A stretch of DNA of 64,000 nt, taken from NCBI GenBank assembly GCA_937952415.1, contig CALFYT010000119.1:5252-69251 (forward strand). Direction: 5' to 3'. Positions 18,866 through 29,123 of this stretch are shown piece after piece. A program made the position numbers and the translations under genes. This DNA comes from an uncultured Planctomycetaceae bacterium. Lineage in GTDB: Bacteria; Planctomycetota; Planctomycetia; Pirellulales; PALSA-1355. Below the pieces are notes generated by a model, which searched no databases, was not told the origin of the DNA, and saw only the letters and a list, made by a program, of their open reading frames with translations. Every line of letters begins with the position of its first letter. Position 1 is the stretch's first letter.

Positions 18866-19624
18866 ATGGATTTTCATCCGGGGCAACTCAAACGGCTGGT
18901 TACGGCCCGCAGCATCGTGTTCCTCGTGCTCGCCCTGACCGCCTGTTACATCAGCCGGGGCACGACATTTTTGTTGGTCGTCCTACTCGGCGTGGTGCTG
19001 GGGTGCATTGCGGCCGGGCTCTCCATTACGTCGAGTCGCGCCGGCACGCTGCAATTTGGCCTGCGCACGTTGCTGGTAGTGATTACGCTTGTCGCCGTCC
19101 TGCTGGTGTGGCACCAGAATCGGTTTCGTTACCAGCGCCTCGCAATCGCAGAGATTCAGCGGCTGGGTGGTTCCGTCGCCTACGCGAATCGCATGGTCGG
19201 CGAATTTCTGATTGGCACAGACGCCAACGCTCGGCCCGTGGTCGACGGCGTTAGCCTGACGAATCTGCCGCTCAGTCCGGGCGACTTGCGATGTCTGGCG
19301 TGGCTTACTGAGATGAAACGTCTGGACTTAGACTATTCGCACTTCGGAGACGCCGGGTTGGTCCATCTGGCAGACCTGACGAATCTCGAATGGCTCGACC
19401 TGGAAGACACCCAGACCACCGATGACGGACTGGTACATTTGCAGAAGCTACAAAGCCTCGAAGCGCTGATCCTCGACGGCAATCCAATCACAAACGACGG
19501 GCTGGCGCGTCTCAAGAAGCTCAAGCGACTCAAATACCTGCGCGTGCGAAACACCAAGGTCACTGCCGAAGGCGCGAGCCGTTTCGAAAAAGCGATGCCG
19601 GGTTGTCGAGTGGGGTTCCAGTAG
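18866..19624 (+). CDS. membrane-anchored leucine-rich repeat protein
   Basis: ATG at 18866 in ORF 18821..19624. Three N-terminal TM spans are followed by LRR units (LTNLEWLDLEDTQTTDDGLVHLQKLQSLEALILDGNPITNDGLARLKKLKRLKYLRVRNTKV). Confidence 0.8.
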   Translation: MDFHPGQLKRLVTARSIVFLVLALTACYISRGTTFLLVVLLGVVLGCIAAGLSITSSRAGTLQFGLRTLLVVITLVAVLLVWHQNRFRYQRLAIAEIQRLGGSVAYANRMVGEFLIGTDANARPVVDGVSLTNLPLSPGDLRCLAWLTEMKRLDLDYSHFGDAGLVHLADLTNLEWLDLEDTQTTDDGLVHLQKLQSLEALILDGNPITNDGLARLKKLKRLKYLRVRNTKVTAEGASRFEKAMPGCRVGFQ

Positions 19625-20018
19625 CGCGCCGCACCACGTGCGGCCGAAGCGCCGCTCCCCGATCTCGACCTGGCCATTGCGGGCGATCAGCACCACGGTT
19701 GCGGCGCGGCGTTTGATCCAATTCTGCTGGCCCGCGCATGCCGCGTCGATCCGCAACCGTACTACGGGGGGGATTTGGTGGAGTCTCTTGGAGATTCGCG
19801 CTCTGGGGGCAGTGGGTTGCAACGACCGATGGCCTCAGCACGCTACTCTGTTCCGCCAACGGCAAATTCGCCCGCGCGAGCGTTTGGAACACGAGCGAGG
19901 ATCGCTAAAATGGTGCGACTAAGTCGCACGGCCCACCGGGCAAGAGTTGGCGTTTAGGTGACGTGACGCGCGGCGAACCGTTGTCATCATGGATTTACTG
20001 CAAAGAGGAGGTCGGCGC

Positions 20019-20732
20019 ATGAAACGTTTGGCACAACCAGGGACGTATTGGTGTGTGGCCGTAGTTTTGATGATTGGCGTGCGCGCCGCGGCACAGGAGC
20101 CGGAAGCCGAACAGCAGATCCACGTGCCGACGATCAAATTCTTCTACTTCGACGCCGCAGACCTCGAGTGGGCCGTCTCGGCCGAGGCGGATCGGCTGGA
20201 TGACCATCTTGCCGAGCACGCCGAATCGCGGCAGTTTTACGATGCGGTGCGTGCCGCCGTGGTGGAGCCACCCCAGCCGGACCGCTCGGCCGAACAAATG
20301 ACGCGGTGGATCGAGACGCAGCGGGAGCGTTTTGACGAAACGCGGCGCGACGCGCCCAGTGCACGGATGGCCGAAGGAATTGTGGCGTACCTGCGTGCCC
20401 ACGACTTCAACATCCATAATCTGGTCGGTGCCTTACGCCGTCGCAGCGGCGCGTCGGACGTGGAGCTGGCGGTGGTCCATTTGCGCGATCCGCGGGGCGA
20501 GCCAGCCTATCGGCTGAAGGTGGTGCTGGTGGAACCGGATGTGGAACTCGGCAAGCAGGGCTTTAACGTCAATTTGGCGGCACCCAACGCAAGCTACACC
20601 GTAGTCGTGTATGCGCTTGGACTGGCGCTTTACGAGTTGCAAGAGATTATCAACCGCGACGCGTCCGACGAGCCGCCGCCGGAACGTGGTCAAATCGAAG
20701 CATTGCCGGTGCCCGAACCGATGGACGAGTGA
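20019..20732 (+). CDS. hypothetical secreted protein
   Basis: ATG at 20019 is preceded by AGAGGAGG. Signal peptide YWCVAVVLMIGVRAAAQ. No recognisable domain. Confidence 0.6.
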   Translation: MKRLAQPGTYWCVAVVLMIGVRAAAQEPEAEQQIHVPTIKFFYFDAADLEWAVSAEADRLDDHLAEHAESRQFYDAVRAAVVEPPQPDRSAEQMTRWIETQRERFDETRRDAPSARMAEGIVAYLRAHDFNIHNLVGALRRRSGASDVELAVVHLRDPRGEPAYRLKVVLVEPDVELGKQGFNVNLAAPNASYTVVVYALGLALYELQEIINRDASDEPPPERGQIEALPVPEPMDE

Positions 20733-20902
20733 TTGTTTGTGGACGTTCGCAGCGTTGTGCAACGGCCGTATTTCGCTCTGTCTGGCGGCAGACCCCGTAG
20801 AGCGTGAGCGCAAGTGCGGCGATAGCACTTCGCCCCGCAGCCGCGCCGCGGGAACTTCGTCGGGCTGCAGCCTATAGCAGTCGCGTCGCGCGCCGATTTC
20901 AG

Positions 20903-21679
20903 TCACTTTGAAATCTCGAATCGGAACTCGTCCTGGCCGATGGCGTTGCCCGCGCGGTCGAAGCGGCGCTCGACGATCTCGACCTGGCCGTCACGGTCGA
21001 TAAGCAACACGGTCGCAGCGCGCGTGCCGTGCACGGCGTTGACGACCATCGGCGCCGAGCGACGTGCGTGTTCCGCCTCATCCGACGTAACGGAGGCGTC
21101 GCCCGGCCCGGTCATCGGTTCGGTCGTCGCCAAGAGCGACAACAGTGTCTCCGGTTCGATCCGGTCGTTTTGCGAGAGAATCGCTTCCAGCCGGTCGCCG
21201 CAGCCGCGGACTTTGACAAACGGCCGCTCGAACAGATCGTTGCTCAGGCCATAGATGCCCGGCTCCAGTTTGCGGATCGGCAGCGGGTCGCAATTCGAAA
21301 CCAGCAACAGTTCATCCGGCCCACCGAGCAGACAATTGAACGGTTGATACTGGCCGCCCCGATCAACGATCTGATGAGCATGCGGCAAGAGCTCGCCGGT
21401 GCCGGTCAGCCAATCCGGGACCAGCTCGCCGCGTGATCGCAGACCGTCCTGGTCCGCTTGAGCGGGATTGAAGTAGTTAGCCAACGCGCCGAATCGCCCG
21501 TCGCGTCCGGCGGCGAACCACGTTCCGCCGGACCGCAGGTCTCTTCCCGCCAACAAGGCCTGCGCACCATTCCACCATTGCATGGCGGCCGTCGGCCGAT
21601 CGTGAAACTCGTCACGGTTGGCGGCCAGCACGATCCGGTAGCGCGGATGGCGGTCCCGGGCGATCAGAATCAAGCACAT
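20903..21679 (-). CDS. NRDE family protein (TANGO2/DUF833-like)
   Basis: 258 aa. N-terminal MCLILIA and the AANRDE motif are diagnostic of the NRDE family. Confidence 0.85.
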   Translation of the reverse strand: MCLILIARDRHPRYRIVLAANRDEFHDRPTAAMQWWNGAQALLAGRDLRSGGTWFAAGRDGRFGALANYFNPAQADQDGLRSRGELVPDWLTGTGELLPHAHQIVDRGGQYQPFNCLLGGPDELLLVSNCDPLPIRKLEPGIYGLSNDLFERPFVKVRGCGDRLEAILSQNDRIEPETLLSLLATTEPMTGPGDASVTSDEAEHARRSAPMVVNAVHGTRAATVLLIDRDGQVEIVERRFDRAGNAIGQDEFRFEISK

Positions 21680-21954
21680 GGAAGCATCTCATTGACGGCC
21701 AAACACGAGCGCGACGCATCGCCATTCTGTGGCCCGTGCCTGCAACAGGTCAAGCGGCGGTGGCCGGCCCGACGACGACAGGGCGCATGAAACTGCTCGT
21801 GGCCGATTACCGCTCGCTCAGTGCGCTCGATTCGTTGAGAGCACGACAACCGTCCGGCAGACGACTGCCCAGCATGGTACGATGGTGCCATCCGCCGCGT
21901 CCGGATTGCTGAAGGTCGCAGCCATTCCCGCCACGAACCCACGCAGGCCCCCAG

Positions 21955-23031
21955 ATGATCTCTCGAACCGTTCGTTTCACGTACTGCGCCGTATTGACGG
22001 CGCTCGCCCTCGTGCAATTCGCCTCCACGGCCTGGGCCGACGCGCTGCCCGAGGTTGAGGTCTCCAACATTCGCCGCGTGTTCCACAACGGAGAGCACAA
22101 CGCCTTCACCGACTTGGTACGGTTTGGCGAGGTGTACTATCTGACGTTTCGCAGTTGTCCCGACGGGCACATGGTTCACCCCACCGCGTCGATCATCGTG
22201 CTGGCCAGCGACGACCTGCAATCTTGGCGGCAGGTTCATCGCTTTCGCGTGCCCAAGCGCGACACGCGCGACCCGCACTTCCTGGTGTTCAAGGATCGTC
22301 TGTTTGTCTACACCGGCACGTGGTACCGCGGCGAGACAACGCTGCCGACCGCCGAGTACGACCTGAACAAGCACCTCGGCTACGCGTGCTACAGCGACGA
22401 CGGTCAGACCTGGCACGGCCCGCGGATGCTGGAAGGAACGTTCGGCCACTACATCTGGCGCGCCAACACGTTCGGCGACAACGCGTACTTGTGCGGTCGG
22501 CGCAAGATCGAGTTCGCCGTCGCGCCGCGCGGCGAAGGACCCGGCGTGCAATCGGCCATGCTCGAAAGCGACGACGGACTGATTTGGCACACCCGGGCCA
22601 TCTTTCAGGAAGAGCGGGGCGACGAGACCGCGTTTCAATTTGAGCCGGACGGACGCATTGTCGCGATTGGGAGGTGCGGCAGCGACCCGGCCCAACTGCT
22701 CGAAAGCGCGCCGCCGTACACCGAGTGGCGCCGCCGGAACCTCGACCAGTATGTCGGCGGGCCGTTGCTCGTGCGGTGGGGCGACCGTTACGTCGTCGGC
22801 GGCCGCAAGTCGACCAAGGACCGCGGCTCAAAAACCGCAATGCACTGGCTCGTCGATGGCAAGCTGCACGAGTTTGCCGAATTGCCCAGCGGCGGCGACA
22901 CGTCGTATCCCGGCTTCGTCGAGTTGGACTCACAGCGGGCCGCGATGTCCTGGTACTCGTCTCACGAAAAGGACGACGCGGGCAAGCCGATCACGGCCAT
23001 CTACATGGCCGATCTGCGGATCGCCCCCTGA
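21955..23031 (+). CDS. secreted BNR/Asp-box beta-propeller protein (sialidase-fold glycoside hydrolase-like)
   Basis: 358 aa with a signal peptide (CAVLTALALVQFASTAWA) and two Asp-boxes (YSDDGQTW, ESDDGLIW). The antisense 341-aa ORF is rejected. Confidence 0.78.
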   Translation: MISRTVRFTYCAVLTALALVQFASTAWADALPEVEVSNIRRVFHNGEHNAFTDLVRFGEVYYLTFRSCPDGHMVHPTASIIVLASDDLQSWRQVHRFRVPKRDTRDPHFLVFKDRLFVYTGTWYRGETTLPTAEYDLNKHLGYACYSDDGQTWHGPRMLEGTFGHYIWRANTFGDNAYLCGRRKIEFAVAPRGEGPGVQSAMLESDDGLIWHTRAIFQEERGDETAFQFEPDGRIVAIGRCGSDPAQLLESAPPYTEWRRRNLDQYVGGPLLVRWGDRYVVGGRKSTKDRGSKTAMHWLVDGKLHEFAELPSGGDTSYPGFVELDSQRAAMSWYSSHEKDDAGKPITAIYMADLRIAP

Positions 23032-23063
23032 GTGCGTTTGCCGGTGACGCGCCTTTCCAAAAA

Positions 23064-24527
23064 CTACTCGCCAAACTTCAGCGAGAATAAGTCGGCGTCT
23101 TTCAGCTCGAATTGCAGTCGCACCGGCTTGCCGGCCAACGGCCCTACGTCGGCGCCCGACCTCCAGCGAACCGTGTGCTCAATCCGATCGCCGATGATCT
23201 GCGGGCAGTCGTCCAGTGCGTAGTCAGCGATAGGCTTCTCGTCGACGTCGAGCAGCGCCACCCGAATGCCGCCGCCGGCCGACGTGGCGTAATTGATCGA
23301 GAGTCGACTGCCGGCGAACTTCAACGGCTTGGTCACTAGCGTGCCGCCGTCGTACGGTCCGCGCACCGACACGAATCCGTCCGGCCGCAGCGTGTAACGC
23401 CGCACGTGACTGCTGGGATAGCCCGAGTTGTGTTTGACGTACAGCGACAGCTCCTTCTCGCCGGTTTGCACGATTCCCCGTGCGGCGTAGTTGGCCCGCG
23501 ACGTCCAGTTGCGCAAGTCGAGACCCGGGCGGATATAGGCTTCGAGGAACGTGCGCTGGAAGCTGTCGCCTCCGCGCGACGCCGTGAGCAGGATGTCGGT
23601 ACAATCGTTTGCGTAATTCCACTTAGTCGGCGTGCCAATGCGCCGCGCTTCGTCCTCGGTCACCACGCGGCGACCCGGAAAGAATCGTGTCGGCAGCCCC
23701 AGATAGATGTGCGGCGCGCGCACGTACGGATCGATCTGATTCGTGTAGAGGTGCTCGCGCGGCTTGTCGTCGAGCTCCAGGTCGACCGGGTCGGTCCAAT
23801 GGATGAAGTCTTTCGACGTGGTGCGCGCGACCCAGCGCACTCCGTCGCGAAACACGCGGAAGTAGCACACGTATTGCCCTTCGCTCTGGGACCAAAACGC
23901 GTTGTTCTGCGAATCGAAGGCCCCTTGGGTGATGACCGGCTCGTCTTGCACCTGTTTCCAGTGCAAGCCGTCCGGCGAAACGAACGCCAGCAGCCCGGGT
24001 TTGCCGGTGCCGCCAAGGGCCTTGTACCGCTGGTCTGCCGAAACGTCGGGCCGGGTGTCGACAAAGGGTGCCAGATTGTGGCAGCCGCGATTTCGCGCCA
24101 ATACGACGTTGTTCTGCTTCGTGCCCTCGACTTCATAGGTGCCGACGTTGGGTCGCGTCCAATGAATTCCGTCGCGACTCTCGGCCACGCACGTCACTTC
24201 GACATCGAGCGAGTGTTCGGCCCGGGGCATGCCGCGATAGTAGAAGCGGTATATGTCGCCATCGGCCAGAACCGTTTCGTATCCGCTGTACAGTCCCTCC
24301 CAGGGTTTGTCGAATGTCAATACGATCTCGCGCGGCCGTGGTGCGTGCAATTCGAGCCGCGCGCCGTCCAGCCGCCCGATGAGAAGATCATCGACGAACA
24401 GCTCGCGTCGACTGCCGATGTCAAGTGTCGCGTCGTCGGCCACGGCCCGGATCGACGGCCACGCCAGATTTCCAGCCACTGCGCAGAGCAAGATTGCACA
24501 AAGTTGAAGTCGCCGGACGTGGTGCAT
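23064..24527 (-). CDS. secreted glycoside-hydrolase-like beta-propeller protein, function unknown
   Basis: ATG at 24527 inside ORF 23064..24815. Signal peptide LQLCAILLCAVAGNLAWPSIRAVA. Asp-box-like ESRDGIHWTRP and SPDGLHWKQV. The upstream 96 codons are not protein-like. Confidence 0.72.
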   Translation of the reverse strand: MHHVRRLQLCAILLCAVAGNLAWPSIRAVADDATLDIGSRRELFVDDLLIGRLDGARLELHAPRPREIVLTFDKPWEGLYSGYETVLADGDIYRFYYRGMPRAEHSLDVEVTCVAESRDGIHWTRPNVGTYEVEGTKQNNVVLARNRGCHNLAPFVDTRPDVSADQRYKALGGTGKPGLLAFVSPDGLHWKQVQDEPVITQGAFDSQNNAFWSQSEGQYVCYFRVFRDGVRWVARTTSKDFIHWTDPVDLELDDKPREHLYTNQIDPYVRAPHIYLGLPTRFFPGRRVVTEDEARRIGTPTKWNYANDCTDILLTASRGGDSFQRTFLEAYIRPGLDLRNWTSRANYAARGIVQTGEKELSLYVKHNSGYPSSHVRRYTLRPDGFVSVRGPYDGGTLVTKPLKFAGSRLSINYATSAGGGIRVALLDVDEKPIADYALDDCPQIIGDRIEHTVRWRSGADVGPLAGKPVRLQFELKDADLFSLKFGE

Positions 24528-25031
24528 CAGTGTTTTCCTGCAAGCCAACCATGGGATGAAACGGCAAAGCCAATTCCGCGATTGTCGTTGCTGGGCCAAC
24601 CCGTCGCAACCGGCCGCGTCCGGAACTCTGGCGGGTCGTGACTTGGGGCCGACACATGCGGGCAGCCCCTCCACGATCGTATCTGCGGCGCGTGCGACGT
24701 GGCGGGTAGGCAACGCCTCGGTCCGGCCCTGCGCGCGACGGACGATGCTTGCATCGCATGCCGCGCTGGCAACGGCATGACTGCAACTGGCTGGATCGTC
24801 CCCTGGCGATGACATGCAGTGACGCGCTGATACGCGGCTGGTATCCGGCGTCCTCGCGTTGCGCCCATGGACGGGATGGCTGTTTCGTCTGGAAGGACCG
24901 CCGTTCGGCTAAACATTTGCAGCCGTCCAGCACGATCAAAGAGGTAGCCCATCTCTTCTTCACGTCACTTTCCCGCCGACGTCGTTCGCTCGTCTCCTTT
25001 CTTTCGCGTCACCCGTCACCCGTCTCCCACC

Positions 25032-26669
25032 GTGCAGTTCTTTCGCTGTCTAATATATTGCTGCGCCGGCATGGCGGCATGCGCTGTTGCGCTTGCTGGT
25101 CATCGCGCACTTGCCCAGTCGAATCGCGGTGCGCCGGCGGCGCCGCCACGATTCTCGTTCTTCTCCTACGAAGACGAATTACGATCGTACGACATCGAGC
25201 TGTTGGCGTACGATCTCGAGTTCGTGTCACAACCACCGCCCGATGACGAAGCTGTTTCGCAAGAACAGGATCTGTTTCCCGGCTTGCCCAGCCAAGATAA
25301 TCCGCCGGCCCAACAGGATAGTGCGAGCAAGCCCGAAGAACTGCGCAAAGCGGCTGCCGGGGCTTACAAAGATCCGTTCTACGACAACAACTTCCAATAC
25401 CTAAACAATCCGGCATACGACGGATGCCTGTTGGGCGAACGGTTCAAGCAGCGGCATTTTTGTTTCGGCCAGCACTGCACCGCGCTCGACCTGGGCGGGC
25501 AATACCGCTTGCGGTTTCAGGACGAGATCAACATGCGCGGTCTGGGGCTGACCGGCGTCGACGACCAGTTCCTGTTGCGGCGACTGCGCCTGTTTGCCAA
25601 CTGGCAAGTGACCGACTACCTGCGCTTCTACGGCGAGTACCTGGGAGCGACGAGCGACTACGAAGACTTTTTGCCACGGCCGATCGAGGAAAACCCGCAC
25701 GAAATACAGAACCTGTTCGCCGACGTGCGGCTCGGCTACCGGGACAACGACGAACTGTGGACCCGGCTTGGCCGCCAAGAATTGCTCTACGGCTCACAGC
25801 GACTAATCTCGCCGCTGGACTGGGCCAACACGCGGCGCACGTTCGACGGAGCCAAACTCTTCTACCACACCGACGAATGGCAGCTCGACGGGTTTTGGAC
25901 GCGGCCGATCTTCGGCGAGCCGCAGAGTCTTGACTCGCCCGAAGGAACGCAAGAGTTCTATGCCCTTTGGTGGACTTACCGCGGCGTTCCGCAAGAAATC
26001 GTCGACTTGTACTGGATCGGATACGCGGACTACGAGGCCCCCTTTGCCGCGGCGGGCACGTTCAAGTTCCAGACGGTCGGCGGCCGTTGGAAGGCCGAGC
26101 GCGATCAATGGCTGTTCGAGTTCGAGGGCGCCTACCAGTTCGGCAAGTTCGGCGACCTGGACCACTCGGCCGGCTTCTTCACGGTCGGCGGCGGCCGCGA
26201 CATGAAGAACTTGCCACTAAAGCCCGTGCTGTGGGTCTACTACGATTGGGCCTCGGGCGACGACACGATCGGCAACGGATTCAACCAATTGTTCCCGCTG
26301 GGGCACAAGTACTTGGGCTTCATGGACTTCTTTGCCCGCACGAATATCGAAGACTTCAACGTGCTGCTCGAGGGCAGCCCGACCGACAAGCTCAAGACGA
26401 TCATCTGGTGGCATGTCTTCAATCTGCAAAACGGCAACGACGTGCCGTACGGCATTAATGGCCTGCCGTTCGTGACGACTCCAGGAGGCAGTCAGTACTT
26501 GGGCCAGGAACTGGACCTGCTGGCGATCTGGAACCAGACGCCGCGAACTAGCTGGTTGTTCGGTTACTCGCATTTCTTCACGGGCGACTGGTATCGCACG
26601 AACCCGACGCCGCCGCCGTTCACCGGCGACGCGGACTTCGTCTACGTGCAGTGGCAGGCAAACTTCTAG
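25032..26669 (+). CDS. alginate export family outer-membrane porin-like protein
   Basis: 545 aa with a signal peptide. DPFYDNNFQYLNNP..., DLGGQYRLRFQDEINMRGLGLTGVDDQFLLRRLRLFANWQV and a C-terminal aromatic residue (...QWQANF) fit the Alginate_exp-type beta-barrel pattern as I recall it. Confidence 0.68.
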   Translation: MQFFRCLIYCCAGMAACAVALAGHRALAQSNRGAPAAPPRFSFFSYEDELRSYDIELLAYDLEFVSQPPPDDEAVSQEQDLFPGLPSQDNPPAQQDSASKPEELRKAAAGAYKDPFYDNNFQYLNNPAYDGCLLGERFKQRHFCFGQHCTALDLGGQYRLRFQDEINMRGLGLTGVDDQFLLRRLRLFANWQVTDYLRFYGEYLGATSDYEDFLPRPIEENPHEIQNLFADVRLGYRDNDELWTRLGRQELLYGSQRLISPLDWANTRRTFDGAKLFYHTDEWQLDGFWTRPIFGEPQSLDSPEGTQEFYALWWTYRGVPQEIVDLYWIGYADYEAPFAAAGTFKFQTVGGRWKAERDQWLFEFEGAYQFGKFGDLDHSAGFFTVGGGRDMKNLPLKPVLWVYYDWASGDDTIGNGFNQLFPLGHKYLGFMDFFARTNIEDFNVLLEGSPTDKLKTIIWWHVFNLQNGNDVPYGINGLPFVTTPGGSQYLGQELDLLAIWNQTPRTSWLFGYSHFFTGDWYRTNPTPPPFTGDADFVYVQWQANF

Positions 26670-26821
26670 CCCACATGCCGCGACGCTCAACGAGCGGCTC
26701 TCTGTGGCGGGCATCTCGCCGCGCGTTGCGCTGGGTCGACGGTGGCGGTTTCCTGGCAATCTTCCTATAACGGCAAGTGCCGTCGTCGTGGATGGATCAG
26801 CCGTTCTACGAGATTTGCACC

Positions 26822-27229
26822 ATGGATCGCGCCCGAAACCTGGCGTTCGTGCTACGTCTCTTTGGCTTTGCCGGAATGTTGGCGACCGTCGCCGTGTTCA
26901 TGCCGATGTCGTGGATGGCCTTCGCACATGAGCGCTTGGGCCTCGGTCCGATGCCGACCGATCCGGTCGTGCAGTACCTGGCACGGTCGTTGTCGGCATT
27001 CTACGCCCTCACCGGAGCGCTTTGCCTGGTGCTGGCCGGCGACGTACGGCGCTATCGGCCGGTCATTCAATGCCTGGGGATTGCCGTCGTGGTATTCGGC
27101 ATCGTGCTCGTATGGATCGGCTGGAAATCGGAATTGCCGTGGTGGTGGACTGCCGGCGAAGGTCCGCCAACCGCGGTGTTCGGCGCGGTCATCTTTTGGC
27201 TGGCCATGGACCCCGATGCCGGACCGTAG
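26822..27229 (+). CDS. hypothetical membrane protein
   Basis: Within ORF 26777..27229, with four hydrophobic spans. Start (26792 or 26822) is uncertain. Confidence 0.55.
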   Translation: MDRARNLAFVLRLFGFAGMLATVAVFMPMSWMAFAHERLGLGPMPTDPVVQYLARSLSAFYALTGALCLVLAGDVRRYRPVIQCLGIAVVVFGIVLVWIGWKSELPWWWTAGEGPPTAVFGAVIFWLAMDPDAGP

Positions 27230-27434
27230 CGGCGCGGCATCCTGTGCCGCAGACTGCCGTGATCGGCTGAGTGATTGGATCGCGCGTGCCCAGCAAGCGA
27301 AAACAGCCTTGCGACGGCCCGAATCTGTCCCAAAGTCTTGATCGCGGTCGAGTGACAGGTACACTGCCGGCTAATGCCCGGCCGGGCAATTCCGGTCCTA
27401 CGAAACCATTTTTGGCGTACCGAGACACAAGCTA

Positions 27435-28484
27435 ATGAGCCGAACCACAGTATGTACCTTCCTCGCGACGTCGCTCGTCGCGATGATCGTCGGTTTTGCC
27501 CAGCTTCCTGCGGCTTCCGCGGGCGTAATCTTCGGGTCGGACGGCAATCTAGGCGGGGGATTTCGCTGGGACGCCGCGCCACGCATCATCAACGGCAATG
27601 AACGTTCACTCAATGGCGGATTGAGATACTCGCTGCAAGGCGGGTCGTATCAGGCGTTCCGCGATCGTTTCAGTTGGTTTTCCGTCCCCAGCGTCGCCGA
27701 TTTCACCACCGCCGTGCAGCAGGCATTTGCCGCGTGGGAGTCGGTCGATCCGATCACTAGCTTGGGCACGTCGCTTCGTTTCGTCCCAGACTTTTCCACG
27801 CCAGTGGTCGGCACCGCCGGATTTGGCGGCATCAATTTCAACGGAGCCGAGATCGACGTCTTCGGGGTCGACGCCGGAGACAGCGGCACCCGGGGCGTCG
27901 CGTCGTTTAGCGCCGTCTTCGGCAATGTCAAGCTCACGTCCGGCACGACCAATTACGGCGGTGCCCAAGGCGGGGGCGCGATCCGAGGTGCAGACGTCTA
28001 CATCAACGCCAATTCCGGCGCCGTTTACACGCTCGATCTGTTTCGCCGACTGCTGACACACGAACTGGGCCATGCAATCGGCCTGGGCGATGTTGAGGAC
28101 TTCTTCAACAACGGCTTCATCGACGACAACTACGACGGCAGCAGCGGAGCCAGCGCACAGATAACGCTGAACAACTCCTGGGCCGACCTGGTCAATATCC
28201 TCAATCCGGCGGCCTCCGCCGCGTTGACGCAGTTTGCGCCGGGCACCGTTGCCAACGGAGATCCAGGCATCGACACCGTCGGCGTGAACATCCTGATGGA
28301 ATCCCAAGGATTGGGCATTCACTCGATCAATAATCCGGTGACCAATCTGATTCCGCTCCAGAACGACGACTACGGTACCCGCCAGTTTCTGTATCCGATC
28401 CCAGAGCCGTCGTCGGCCGTCTTGGCCGTTGTGGGCGTTTTGCTAGCAGTGGCCGGAGTCTGCCGGCGTGCCCGCTGGGGCTAG
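27435..28484 (+). CDS. PEP-CTERM-anchored zinc metalloprotease-like protein (matrixin/snapalysin-type motif)
   Basis: 349 aa with a signal peptide. HELGHAIGLGD lies at 28059-28091 (HExxHxxGxxD). C-terminus IPEPSSAVLAVVGVLLAVAGVCRRARWG. Confidence 0.85.
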   Translation: MSRTTVCTFLATSLVAMIVGFAQLPAASAGVIFGSDGNLGGGFRWDAAPRIINGNERSLNGGLRYSLQGGSYQAFRDRFSWFSVPSVADFTTAVQQAFAAWESVDPITSLGTSLRFVPDFSTPVVGTAGFGGINFNGAEIDVFGVDAGDSGTRGVASFSAVFGNVKLTSGTTNYGGAQGGGAIRGADVYINANSGAVYTLDLFRRLLTHELGHAIGLGDVEDFFNNGFIDDNYDGSSGASAQITLNNSWADLVNILNPAASAALTQFAPGTVANGDPGIDTVGVNILMESQGLGIHSINNPVTNLIPLQNDDYGTRQFLYPIPEPSSAVLAVVGVLLAVAGVCRRARWG

Positions 28485-29123
28485 TCTCCGGCCTGCCGAG
28501 TGCAGAGCCTGGCCGTTGCACAAGACTGCCCGTGCTCCACCGACACCGCCTGCGCCCAACTCGGGCTGTCTGCGGACTGTTTCCGGGCACGGATCTCCCT
28601 AGTGCCGACAAGACGACCGAACTGCCGACGTGGCGTTGGTCGGTCCACCACGAGGCAGTTCGCCCATCTCTGCGACTTCTCCGCAGAAACAAGCCTAAAA
28701 ACGCTTGACTCTGCGGGCGAGGGGCGTAACAATAGGGGTCGCCGTCGGGGCATTTACACCGAAGACGGATTGACGCTGACCCATCGTAAAAGCGAGCCGC
28801 TAACGAACTCACCTCCGTTGGCCCGATTGTCAGTGCCGGAGTGGAACCGGCCGGCAAGTTTCTCTCGGGACTCGCTACACGACTTCTTATAGACCCGCTG
28901 GGCGTACCGCCTTGCGCTGGGCACCGGGCAGCCATCGTCCGAACGTTCCTCGGGTCTCCATCCTCGGTCCAACGGACCTAACAACGCCACGTTGGTTCTT
29001 CCGGCGAAGAAGGACTGCCCGTCCATGCCTCGCCAAGGGTCGGGTAGCCGGGCGCAGGGGATCGCGCGACGCCGGCAGAACCGGAATGCAATCTGGCGAC
29101 ACAACCATCGACGACCGCACACC

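Noticed and set aside
24528-24815. N-terminal 96 codons of ORF 23064..24815
   Set aside because: A proper signal peptide begins at the internal ATG 24527, and the extension is not protein-like.
28485-29123. ORFs in the 640-nt region upstream of gene 29124, and a TTGACT-N16/17-TAACAAT promoter-like site at 28705-28733
   Set aside because: The ORF products are not protein-like. The promoter match is plausible but unsupported, and I could recognise no riboswitch or sRNA pattern.
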